Source: Balanoglossus misakiensis (Eukaryota; Animalia; Hemichordata). From it: a stretch of DNA of 64,000 bases. The position numbers were made by a program, and so were the translations under genes. Of this stretch, positions 1-10,412 are shown piece after piece (the stretch's first letter is position 1; each line of letters begins with the position of its first letter). Location: contig CM082593.2 of NCBI GenBank assembly GCA_040954595.2, forward strand, positions 4,543,434-4,607,433, read 5' to 3'. Under the pieces are notes generated by a model that was not told the origin of the DNA, ran no database searches, and worked only from the letters and a program-made list of their open reading frames with translations.

Positions 1-215
1 GAGGTAAGTTTATTTTTTTATCCAAAGCGCTCGATCGTCTGGGGGGGGGGGAATGAGGAGGAATCATGTGATGTAGTGTTCGGCTCCCAGTATGTGTTCA
101 TGTTTTGTCAAGTTCACGTGATGATGTGTGAACTCTGTAGCCAGGTTGATGACGACCACTTCTTTCTCTGACGTCACAGCGATCGGATTCTCAATGCACC
201 AATCAGTGTTTTTTT

Positions 216-629
216 TCACACATCACGAGTATCTGGATATCGAGCGGCTTTATGTTTTCGTTTACGGTTGCAGTTGCTTTCAACGCATTTCTTGGTACAT
301 TTCTGTACATAGGGTTGCCACGGTGAGTATTTTCTAAAACACCAGTTGTGACAAGTACCTTGGCAGCCTGCAGGCGATGAGCGAGTAATCTTTTTAGTTA
401 TTACTTCCGTCTGTTGGTGAAGAATTCCATCCAGTGCAACTTTGAAGGCCACTGTGTTGCCATGGCTACCGCTAACACCTGAGAGATTTTTGTCGACGCC
501 CACGTTGTCCCTTTTACGACTGTCGTAAACGAGATGACCTTTGACCTCACGTGGAAAATCCGAAAAAGCCAACACATTTAAAGCGAAGCTTACGGAGAAG
601 ATACACACAATGACAGTGATGGTTACCAT
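216..629 (-). CDS. Secreted Cys-rich peptide precursor, 137 aa (gene A); single coding exon
   Basis: Kozak-like ctaccATGg and hydrophobic signal peptide MVTITVIVCIFSVSFALNVLA. RKR and KKITR basic sites precede a C-x3-C-x3-C-x13-C-x3-C-x4-C peptide followed by RKRK. Acceptor caacag at 665-667, donor AG|GTAAGA at 1244 (5'UTR intron 665-1244), candidate AATAAA at 9-14 (minus). Confidence 0.8.
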   Translation of the reverse strand: MVTITVIVCIFSVSFALNVLAFSDFPREVKGHLVYDSRKRDNVGVDKNLSGVSGSHGNTVAFKVALDGILHQQTEVITKKITRSSPAGCQGTCHNWCFRKYSPWQPYVQKCTKKCVESNCNRKRKHKAARYPDTRDV

Positions 630-879
630 GGTAGCTTTTGTAGGATTTAGGCGGTGAAAAATTCCTGTTGATATGAAACAAAGGTTGTTGAGGAATTAGA
701 ATGCAAAATCACTGAATTTTCGGCAAAAAAAAATGATTTTTGTCAGTACTGCCGCGTCGACCCTGTACAGTTCCGATCAAGAAAACGGATGAGTTTTGGT
801 TGTGGCTACGAAAATAAGCAATGCATTCGTTAAAAAAATCAGCAATAAATGAACGAAACTTCTCGCGAATTTAAGCATC

Positions 880-1078
880 TTAAGGTGGCATTGCTTGAAA
901 AGTTGTGATTTTTGCCAAATTTTACTTTTTTTACATAAATCGGTAGGTCTAATACTGACCCACATTCTGACAAATTCAGCTTCCAGAATATGTATGGTTT
1001 ATAGGGGTTTTAACGTTGTCTTTGATGAGAAATAGGCCTCTGAAAAAGTCTTGACGGTTTCGTGCAATGCCACCTTAA
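880..1078. mobile_element. Non-autonomous DNA transposon (MITE), Kolobok-like termini
   Basis: Perfect 11-bp TIRs GGTGGCATTGC (884-894) and GCAATGCCACC (1064-1074), flanked on both sides by TTAA (880-883, 1075-1078). A TTAA TSD with GG...CC ends fits Kolobok rather than piggyBac. Lies in the 5'UTR intron of gene A. Confidence 0.7.
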
Positions 1079-1244
1079 ATCAAGACTTATCCTCTCTCTT
1101 CAAACCAAATTTAAAGATAATTAATCGATTAAAAACAAGTTTCGTTAAAGGTGGATCTCAACCTTGATTTTGGGATTGAAAGTGTTGATCGAAGCTAAAC
1201 ATATAAGTCAAAATGAATACTTGTACAAAAGCGGAATATCTTAC

Positions 1245-1356
1245 CTAGGTGGACTAATTCTTGCTGTCGCTTTAACAACACAAAGCGTTAAGTGAACCAT
1301 GGAATGCAGGCAGCAAAAGCTGAGTAAATTGACTCCCAAAATGTCGATTTATATAC
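1245..1356 (-). promoter_or_regulatory. TATA box, Inr and non-coding exon 1 of gene A
   Basis: Minus-strand TATATAAA (1348-1355), TCAGCT Inr-like element ~32 nt downstream (A at 1321), exon ends at donor AG|GTAAGA (1245/1244). Confidence 0.6.
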
Positions 1357-1962
1357 TAGTGTGAGACGTCGCCTGTGTAACGCCTTGATAGAATGTCACT
1401 AAAATATTCAAGCGGTGTGTGTTATCCTCTTAACGGAACAAATCTGCCGATCGAGTCGACGTTTGTGCTTAAAGCAGTTGTCATGAAGTTTCCAGGAAAT
1501 TGCTAACAAACACGTGGGATTAATATAATTTCGTTAATACGACTTGCATTAATACACTTAGTTAAAGCTGCAACTCGATATTACCGGATATAGGATTGCA
1601 CTTATTTATGACAAATGGCCCCCAAAATTAAAGAAAAATCTTGTTACGTATTGAACGTAGGAAAAGGTGCACATTGTCCACTGGTAATCAAAAGAAACCA
1701 ATTTTGATTCACAAAACAAAACAACTTTAGAGCAACTATCATAGGAAATATGATCCAATCGTTCACATGTGTCGAGTATAATGAGCAGGCTGCAAAACTG
1801 ACGTTATTGGCCACAGTGGTAGCAGAACACGTCGGGATGACATGCGCCCTCCTGAGGCTGACAGGCGGAATGAAAACGATTGACTGGCGGGCCCGGAAAT
1901 TAGAAACCATCCTCGTTCCCGAGCATGATGCAAAGAAGTGTTACTTTTGAAGTTTCGTGTGG

Positions 1963-2058
1963 ATTCATTCATTCATTCATTCATTCATTCATTCATTCAT
2001 TCATTCATTCATTCATTCATTCATTCATTCATTCATTCATTCATTCATTCATTCATTC
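1963..2058. repeat. (ATTC)24 microsatellite
   Basis: Perfect tetranucleotide run. Confidence 0.97.
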
Positions 2059-4578
2059 TCCCAACCCATTTACTGTGTCAAGATACACTAGTTTTTTTCA
2101 TTCTCTGGCAATGATCCATTCGCTGTCCGACGGTGAAACCAAGGAAGTAATGTAATATTTAAGTTCCATAAGCTCTACCTCATGGGTATCTGCACGTTCT
2201 TGTTCAAATCCATGGGTCGTGTTGAAATTGCAAGTGGTTATAACCCATCAACAAGTGACACACCTTATGTGTGTACAGCGAACATTTGACAATTGAATAA
2301 ACGTCGTGACTTTGATTGTCATTACACAGAGAATGTTGGCAAGCAGAATACAAAGTTCTGAGTATTTAAGCATGGTTTAGAGTTTACAACAGAAAATTGA
2401 ATTTCTGCACATGACGTAAATAATAAATACTTAAATTGCCAAAAGTTACAGAAATATGCCGGAGATACGTATTGGGTAGATGACAGGTTAGTTGCCATTA
2501 CATAACTCATGGTGTTTGCATCTTTTGAGTATGGTAATTGACGTGCGAGTCAAATTCATCTGCATATTACAAGTGTTGCATCTGTTGTTGGTCATCGAGT
2601 CGCCAATCAGGTCGCAGATGTGACAAGAGTCTGAACAGTATACTCGGCCGGTTGCCAAAGATCTTGTTGTGACCGGTTGTACTCGTGTTCAGAATCAGCC
2701 AGCAGCAGTCGATGTAGTACGTGCATTGATCAACTGTTGGGCGTGTCATGTCAGCAAGCCAGCACACGACCATTTTAACTGTAAGTACATGTCCATGTCA
2801 AGCAGTCAACGTACGTGTGTCTGCCTGAGCCACTGCATTATATAAACCAGCGGTGCGTTCGTTTATGCTTCTCTGTGGCACCCCTCGTGGCGCACACATT
2901 ACAAGGAAGCAGAATAATTATCGAACAAAATGGCCAATCTCTGGGGATATTCAAAATGGCTGCCGACAACCAAAGGGGGGGGGGGGGATATGGAAAAATT
3001 GAATAATTTTAACTTTTTATTTTTGTTGAGACTTAGGCCTATTTCTAGGCCTGATTTAGGAATGTGTTGCTGGAGAAAATAATTTCATTTCATTTCTGCA
3101 GAGCACAGCACAGGAAAGGCAATTAACAGAATAGACCAATCCTCAGGCTTGAAGAAAAGACAGATGAGACCCCTACTCCCAAGAAAAAGACCCGAGAACT
3201 GAGGTCAGGTGCTTCGAAAATAAGGAGCGGTCGACATGAGCAAGACAACGATCGCCGATGCCACCGTTAAGGTAACCGTCGAATCCTCGATGCTAGTTCT
3301 TGCATTGTCGTCATTCAGTCAAGAAATGTGGACAATGGTTTCGCTGTGAGTCCGTGTTTCCTTTTAGAAGCACACCTTTTCAGTACCCCCAGCCGTAGCC
3401 CCCCCCCTCCCCACTCCCCCACCGGTGTGTGGAGGGACTATTCTCCAGCGTAATTTTAAAGAAGCGTTTTACTGTAGTCCTATCTCCTATGTGTTTTAGT
3501 GTACATCATTCATTGTAATAAGCCACACACCAGCTGAATTTACACACTTGGTTGTCTGTAAATGGGTTTAATAGAATCTCACATGATCCCCAAGGAAATT
3601 GGATGAGATTTCTTAAACGAGATGGGATATTTTGTAAGACCAAATATCCCCGACGAGCGTGAGAACTCTTATCCCATGGTTCTTTGTGAGTGACAATGTA
3701 TTTTGCACATGTTCATAAATGTGTAAAATTACATTAGAAACATTGAATAAGTCATTGCGTGAATGCAGCTGTCTGGCACGTTGTCGTTTCTGTCCATGTG
3801 TTACTCACACGGCGCGTCATTGGTTTTGATAACATTTCGCGTGTATTATATTAAAGGACGTTATCCAATCAGCGCTCATGACATATGATGCTTTCGGGTA
3901 TGCGTGGATCGCTTTATCACGTGACGTCGACCCCACAATCTCAACGGCTGCGTGAGATTAGCCTTGTTTTTAAAATCTCATTTGGCAAAAATGTTTCCAG
4001 CCATTTATCTTGCGACAGGCAGTAGTGAGACATATATGTATCACTCGCCCATGCAGGCCTACAAACACTGTAACTTGAAATTTTCAACCGGTGCCCAGGT
4101 TGTAAAATGTCCCTGGCCGATCGCACATTTAACGGGGTATGAGCAACAATTTGGCGCAAAATAGAGCGTCAGTCACACAACTCATGCATATGTATGTTTT
4201 TGAAACTTCGCGGATGCCCAGGTTCCAAAAAGTTCCTGCATATTTGACGAAACATTTGCACTTTGAATTGTCTAATCAATGAAACAAAATTTGCAACCTT
4301 TCTTGTGAGATATAGTGCGCTGAAATATATTACTTCGCTAAATTTGCTGAAAAGTTGTAAGTGACACACTGATATAACAGAAAACAGAAAATTGTGCATT
4401 AATTTATCACTATAAATTCCGAGATACTGCACCCCCGCGACCTACTTTTAGGAAACCTGTTAAATCCCGATTACGCATAAATAGGAATGTACAATGGGGA
4501 AAGTTACTCAGTGTTAAAAATGGCGTTTTTTTGCATATTTGTACAACAAATCATTAATTTTTATTCGGTTGCGCTGTC

Positions 4579-4684
4579 TTTATAAGACGCCTGTACTCTG
4601 ATACCAGTCATTATTTTGCGCCAGAAAGCCGCTGAAGAGATTATCTCAACGATACTTCGAAAGTCCACACCCAAAACCATAAAG
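4579..4684 (+). promoter_or_regulatory. TATA box, Inr and non-coding exon 1 of gene B
   Basis: TTTATAAG at ~4579-4586, CAGTCATT Inr at 4605-4612, donor AAAG|GTGAGT at 4684/4685. Intron 4685-4917 ends in a pyrimidine tract and AAAG immediately before the ATG. Confidence 0.65.
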
Positions 4685-4917
4685 GTGAGTTTCAAACTTT
4701 TATACCAACATGTTTCATTAATATTTGTGTTTGTGTTGTAAATACAACAGATACCTCTATTTTTATTAAGTTACAGTGATAATTGACATTTCAAGATTTG
4801 TGACTTTGGTAATGACAAAAGAAAACTGTTGGTAGGCTTTTATGGACGATGTAAAAGGATTACGATTAGGGTTTCCTTCGGCTCTTTTTTTTAACTTTTT
4901 TTTGTTTTATTTTAAAG

Positions 4918-5006
4918 ATGAAGAAGACTGGAATCGTTGTTATCCTGTGCGTTGCTTTGCTGCTGGCGCTTCTTCCCGTAGAGGGCAATGAAAGATACAA
5001 CAGAGA

Positions 5007-5038
<32 letters not shown>

Positions 5039-5306
5039 ACAGTACGCTGAGGGAAACAAGATCATTGGACGCAAGGTCTGAACGCGTGAGGGGAGCGGTT
5101 GACATCGAGTAAGTCCCATACATATCTGTACAGCCTAGGTTGTCATAAAATCCAGCATTATCACCTTATGTCATACGATCAACTGACTAGTAATTAATGC
5201 ATTTTTTTTCCAATGTGAATTCTTAAATAGGGACGAACTGGCAAAGAGAAGTTTGGAAAGCGAAGAAAGCGGAGATTTCGATGCTGAACTGGAGTTCGCG
5301 GAATAG
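4918..5306 (+). CDS. Secreted peptide precursor, 88 aa (gene B): exons 4918-5108 and 5231-5306
   Basis: MKKTGIVVILCVALLLALLPVEG|NERYNRDARARARARARDSTLRETRSLDARSERVRGAVDIEDELAKRSLESEESGDFDAELEFAE*. Phase-2 intron GA|GTAAGT...AATAG|G; AATAAA at 5531-5536; clearly paralogous to gene C. Confidence 0.82.
5008..5037 (+). repeat. (GCCCGC)5 coding hexanucleotide repeat encoding (AR)5
   Basis: Five perfect in-frame copies within the first coding exon of gene B. Confidence 0.9.
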
Positions 5307-6755
5307 ATTTAACGATGAATCCCAAGATCTATATGACATGAACCAGATATTAGACAGACATTCCGAATAAGCGGAAGATCACCAAGCTGACGAATAACAA
5401 GATTTGGATTAAATATAGCAAATACTAGTGATAGTGTAAACCACTCTTTTATTATCGATATCTCTCCGGACGTCCAATAGATTCTGTTAATAATCCTCTC
5501 ACTTCAAATTGGCTTTATTTGGTGTTATGCAATAAAGTATTGAGAAAACATGGCAATGGTTGTGGACTTTGCGAGTTTTCAATTTTAAGGGCAATCTGGT
5601 ATGATATTATTTCTGTTATGTGAGCAGGGTGAAACACTGAACTGTTCTTTTCCTTTTCTGTTACAATGATACAGAGAAATACGTGTCCACGTAACAGAAT
5701 ACATGTACACGTAGTCTAGAAGTGTATCGGGAATTAGTCAGCAGTGTATATAGTACTCATCACGAACCAACAGCAGACCCGTTTCCAACAGAGATAGATA
5801 TTAGATACACGGATAGATAGGCAGAAAAAAATGGTGGAAAAATATGTGAAATTTGGCAACTCATGGGGCGGCTTTAAGCATGTTTCTGCGGAATATATAT
5901 TTATAGGTTGTGAGAAACACTTTTATCGAAAATAGAAAACGTGCTACATCAGGAAGCAAACATCCGAATTCGTGTCATTTGTTAATTGGAAAAAATTGCC
6001 AACTCATTAGGTCTATTTTGGGTTTCACTCATTAAAATGTACACGTATTAATTTTTCTCGGAAGACGATCAAAACTTTGCAAATCTTTCAATTTTTCGCG
6101 CAAATTAGGCCTTTTTGCTTTAGAAGTGTAATGCTGGGGCGCGGCAGACTAGTTAATTTGTTTTCGTGGTTCCAATTAAATAACGCACGTGTAGATGACT
6201 CAGCAAAAATGTGAATGTGGATGTCAAAAGTACTGTTTGTTTTTGATGCCATCGGAGATACTGATATTCTGTTTCCAAATGACAAAAAACACACTTGTCA
6301 AGTTTCTTTAACACGATATTGCAATGTTAAAACAATTCCCAGAACAGTTGTATCCTTTTAGATATTGTGTCTCAAAAAGAATCAATTAATTTAGTTGTCG
6401 TCATGGCACACTGTTTCCGTTTCCCCGGGAGACATGACCCTACCATCACAGTTGACGACAACAATAATTGCATTCATACCACTTATATTCTAAAGTTCTT
6501 AGATCAAATATCATTGGCCGGCTGCAAAGACAAACAAAACAACAGCACAGCTTTTTAACACATAATCCTGAACTTCTCGATAAAAGTTTTGAATGTTCAT
6601 GATCTGCGACTGTCTTTGAAAACAAGATGTCAATTCATTAAGAGTTGGTGACCGATTTGGTGATCACGTGTTATTGAAATATAACCTTGTACATGTAGTC
6701 ATATCTAGTAATGCGTCGTGACATGTACGGATGGAAGTCTTTTTGTCAAGTTTAC

Positions 6756-6844
6756 TTTAAAAGGATCAGCATTTTGTACCTTGTGCTAATCGAGAGAGTT
6801 GCGACCGACAGTCTGCACAAAACAGCGAAGCCCACAATAGAAAG
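6756..6844 (+). promoter_or_regulatory. Probable non-coding exon 1 of gene C with weak TATA-like element
   Basis: Donor AAAG|GTGAGT at 6844/6845, the same as in gene B. TTTAAAA at ~6756; acceptor TTTCAG at 7265. Confidence 0.5.
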
Positions 6845-7305
6845 GTGAGTAACCGAACGCCATTCCTCTTCAAGATGATTTTAGTAGTTTTTATATATAT
6901 ATTCCTTTTCGGACTGGGTTTTCCGAGAGTTTAAAAAACAGTGAACCAATATAAGTATTCACAAAAACATTTGTTATAATTAACGTTACATGCATACTGT
7001 GCGCTATGCTTAAGTTTTGTAATGTTCACACATGTTTGCATTTGCGAAATATAACGTTGACGATGTTGTCGGGGAAATATTGCAACATTTCCGGTTGGTA
7101 TGCGCAATATCAATGTGTATAATAACGTTTGGAAGAAAAGATGTATGCGATCTTCCAAATGTGTGTGTTTTTTGTTTAATATTTCTTCAATCTCACTTTT
7201 GCTCTCTCAATCATGTATATAGTGTTATCTATGGTGCAAATCATTTCCTGTTGATTTTCTTTCAGATAATCTTCCGAATCTGGTTTGGAGCTCCGAGTTG
7301 TCAAG

Positions 7306-7768
7306 ATGAAGAAGACCACAGTAGTTGCAATTCTCTGTATGGCTCTGTTCATGACTCTCTTGGAACCAAGAGTCGAGGGAAGGCTCTACAGTTACCGCAG
7401 AAGATTCGCGGAGAAAAAAGCTGGAGACAAAAGAGAACCCTGGTAAGGACAGAAACTTGTGCAACACACGCCAAAAGAGGGCGTGCTTCATCTCGCGGAC
7501 AGCACCTCGTTCATGTCATTCGTGAATTTTCTTTCTCTAATACACAGGGCAAGATAGTCGGTGACACATTTGATAAAGAGTCACTAAACATAAAAATTGT
7601 GCTTTCTTTTATAGGAGGGGCATCGAAGAGAGAGAATTGGAAAGAGAAGAGTCTGGAGACTTCGAACCTGACATAAATGTGTTTTTAAACAAGAGAGAAT
7701 TGGAGAAAGAAGAGTCAGGTGATTTCGAGCCTGACATCGATATGTTAAGAAGAAATATGAAGAATTAA
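7306..7768 (+). CDS. Secreted peptide precursor, 96 aa (gene C, paralog of gene B): exons 7306-7442 and 7615-7768
   Basis: MKKTTVVAILCMALFMTLLEPRVEG|RLYSYRRRFAEKKAGDKREPWRGIEERELEREESGDFEPDINVFLNKRELEKEESGDFEPDIDMLRRNMKN*. Phase-2 intron TG|GTAAGG...TTTATAG|G, the same phase as gene B. AATAAA at 7998-8003 in a context similar to gene B (aataaa...ttgagaa). Not in the ORF track. Confidence 0.82.
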
Positions 7769-8430
7769 GAAATCAAAAGCAATGGAGAGATTATTAATAG
7801 CAATGGAGAATCATATGACCAAATGTTAGGCATCGATCATGCAAGTCTGCAAATATTGAATGATTCCTTTCCTATACTGTTGAGTATATGCATGCTAATC
7901 TTGCTATTTGACTATCTGTATCTCTGTTCATTTTAATAGACAGCTCTTGCAGTTGTCAATATTCTTGGAATAGGTATTGATTAATTGGTAAAAGGGTAAT
8001 AAAATGTTGAGAACTAATCTCAATATCTCTGGACTGTATTGTATTTTATTGTTTATCTGACGCATTTTTGTTTTGTTTCATAATCAAACATAATTCGGGA
8101 ACTATTGTCATCCACTTTTGTGTCCAACGCAAGGGACAGCGCTAGTATACGAAGTAAATGTTGGGCCAACTGTTAGGCGGCGTCCAACTCAAAATTGCAA
8201 AGCTGACATACAGAGTGCGGGCGAAAATGTGATCAGAAATTCTTTAATATCTTACAATTAGTGCACTCAACATTTTTGCGCAGGTAATAACGACACGAAT
8301 GATAGAAGATCATATTTGTGTCCAACTTGAATATTAATTAAGCAGATGAGAGCGTGTAATCTATAAGCTTCTTTTTCGTGAACACTTGATAATCTTCCCC
8401 GGTTGATCCGTCTCATGTTTGTTCATCACT

Positions 8431-8735
8431 TCATGGTTGGAAATATACATAGCCATTGCCCGGGTAGGATTTGCACACGGCGTCCGAGTATGCATTTGGA
8501 GTTGACACGCACTTCATGAATGACGAGCACTTGCAGTTAAATTGACGTCTATGAACGTTCTTACAGACTTGTCCAATGGAACACCGAGACTGAAAAGAAA
8601 ACAGGCAAATTTTAGTGTGTGTACCTCTACACAAAAAGCACCGACCGGCAGAGTGGTTGAGAGAGAGGTGGTAAGGGAAAGGCGGGGAATAGGAGAGAGG
8701 GGGAGGGGGATAAGGGAGGGAGTGAGGGAGAGACA

Positions 8736-8770
<35 letters not shown>

Positions 8771-9161
8771 GCATGGGTGTACTTATGAATATCGGGATGC
8801 TGGCCACACACAACACACTGCGACCATTTTTAGACATTTGTTAAAGCACTCATCGACCCAGATATAATATCCCCCAACTATAGCAGTCATTCGATATCAA
8901 AGCAACTTTTGATTAACAATAATTAATCTCACACTGTGACAGGAAATTAAGTCAGCGGTGTCAAATTTCTCACCCAGTAATGCAATAAATTTATCATTGT
9001 CTTGAGTCAAACGTTTTTGTCATACGACTTACCCGAGACTTATATTCTGTAATCGACATGTCATCGTAGGTTGCTCGTTTTTCCTCCCTTGATAATGCCG
9101 GTTGGCCGAGGAATGCCACGATACACACGGCCACCAGAGCTAAGACAGTCCAACGGTCCAT
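8431..9161 (-). CDS. Secreted six-Cys peptide precursor, 95 aa (gene D): exons 9161-9033 and 8589-8431
   Basis: MDRWTVLALVAVCIVAFLGQPALS|REEKR|ATYDDMSITEYKSRSRCSIGQVCKNVHRRQFNCKCSSFMKCVSTPNAYSDAVCKSYPGNGYVYFQP*. Phase-0 intron CGG|GTAAGT...TTTTCAG|; upstream acceptor TTTTTCAG at 9188; AATAAA on minus at 8045-8050. Confidence 0.82.
8737..8768. repeat. (ATTG)8 microsatellite preceded by a GA-rich tract
   Basis: Direct inspection; lies in the coding-region intron of gene D. Confidence 0.9.
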
Positions 9162-9943
9162 TCTTACCCAAAATGATCGAAATGGATCTGAAAAATAGTA
9201 AAAATAGTCCTTTAATGTTTTCAGGGCCATTAGAAAATGAATCGGTATATATATAATTTTTATAGCGTTTCGTAGTATAGCGTTAAAATATTGTTTTGTT
9301 GGCCAGAATAAGCACATGAGCCGGTCCTCGTGTAAAAGTAATATGTGTTGTGTATGTATGCATTTTGACGTGATAGCTGTAGGCTAGATGGAATGAGAAT
9401 GGAGACAAAACGATTTGTAGTTCTTACATTTACAACGAACCTCTTGAAAGTATAAGCATCCATATTGATCATGCGGCCATAATGTAGCGTTTACAAATTC
9501 CACAACCCGTTTACGTGTGAGAATCCATTTCCTATTCATGATTTCAATTTCCTTCATAATTATTTATTCTACCGTGGTTGAATAGACTGTAAGTTGAAGG
9601 CCATTTGTCATTGGAGTAAACTCTTTTCACGCCAATACCAGAAGCGAGTCTATTCTTATTCATAACAGGCAAAGGACCTCTCCGGGTGTATAACGATATT
9701 GCTGTAAACAAAAGTACACGTAAAGACGTGTTTTATTACAGTCTTCAGGAATCCAGACATAAACCTCTCTCCACATAGTTTCAAGCTCTCGAGTTAAATC
9801 GAAACCACCTAATTCATTCTCAATGTGTGTTGGGATTTGAGTGGAATTACATTAGGGCCAGTAATTAGGGATGATAATTGCAAAGTGCCTTGAGAACAAT
9901 CACTTGGGATCATGTGTGCCACATAAGAAATTATCTCTACGTT

Positions 9944-9961
9944 ATCATCATCGTCGTCGTC

Positions 9962-10047
<86 letters not shown>
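9944..10047. repeat. (TCA)n microsatellite, ~34 units with a few TCG/TCT interruptions
   Basis: Direct inspection; explains the poly-Asp and poly-His ORFs. Confidence 0.95.
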
Positions 10048-10369
10048 TTAGTGCCACAAATGAGTTTTTCGTAACTCAGAGATCCCTGTAATTTCAGTTA
10101 GTGTGAATAACTTGGGAAAGGATTTTTGATTGGGATAGCAATACATGTATTCCTGTTCATATACAGGATCCTGGTGACCAGACTATGAAACCAAGTATTC
10201 GTTCCTCATTCAGATGATAATTTACAAGTACAGTTTCAATCAAAATTTTACACTGTGTGACGCATTAGATATATCGGTCGATAAAAAACACGATCAGTAT
10301 TTCAGGTAAATTATTCCACATAAAAACAAACTGCATAATGAATGTGATGAATTTGATATTTTTACTTAC

Positions 10370-10412
10370 TTTGTATGACGACTGAGTAGATGCAGCCCCG
10401 TTGTAGTTTATA
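10370..10412 (-). promoter_or_regulatory. TATA box, Inr and ~14-nt non-coding exon 1 of gene D
   Basis: Minus-strand TATAAA (10407-10412), TCAGT Inr with its A at 10383 (29 nt downstream), donor AAA|GTAAGT at 10370/10369. Intron 9188-10369. Confidence 0.65.

Noticed and set aside
1-10. Consensus donor GAG|GTAAGT at the window start, suggesting the peptide cluster is nested in a plus-strand host intron
   Set aside because: No upstream context and no convincing downstream coding exon; it overlaps the candidate poly(A) signal of gene A.
1925-2155. ORF with FIHS repeats
   Set aside because: Translation of the (ATTC)n microsatellite.
3102-3271. Exon-like segment with acceptor, donor and a Lys-rich reading (RLEEKTDETPTPKKKTR)
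   Set aside because: Stops in all three frames; probably a decayed transposon fragment that I cannot classify.
7032-7676. 214-aa ORF
   Set aside because: Wrong frame, running through the introns of gene C; the spliced model explains the region better.
7650-7740. GDFEP resemblance to the hirudin C-terminal tail
   Set aside because: Five-residue match with no Cys core; likely coincidence.
9809-10074. Poly-Asp and poly-His ORFs
   Set aside because: Both are readings of the (TCA)n microsatellite in the first intron of gene D.
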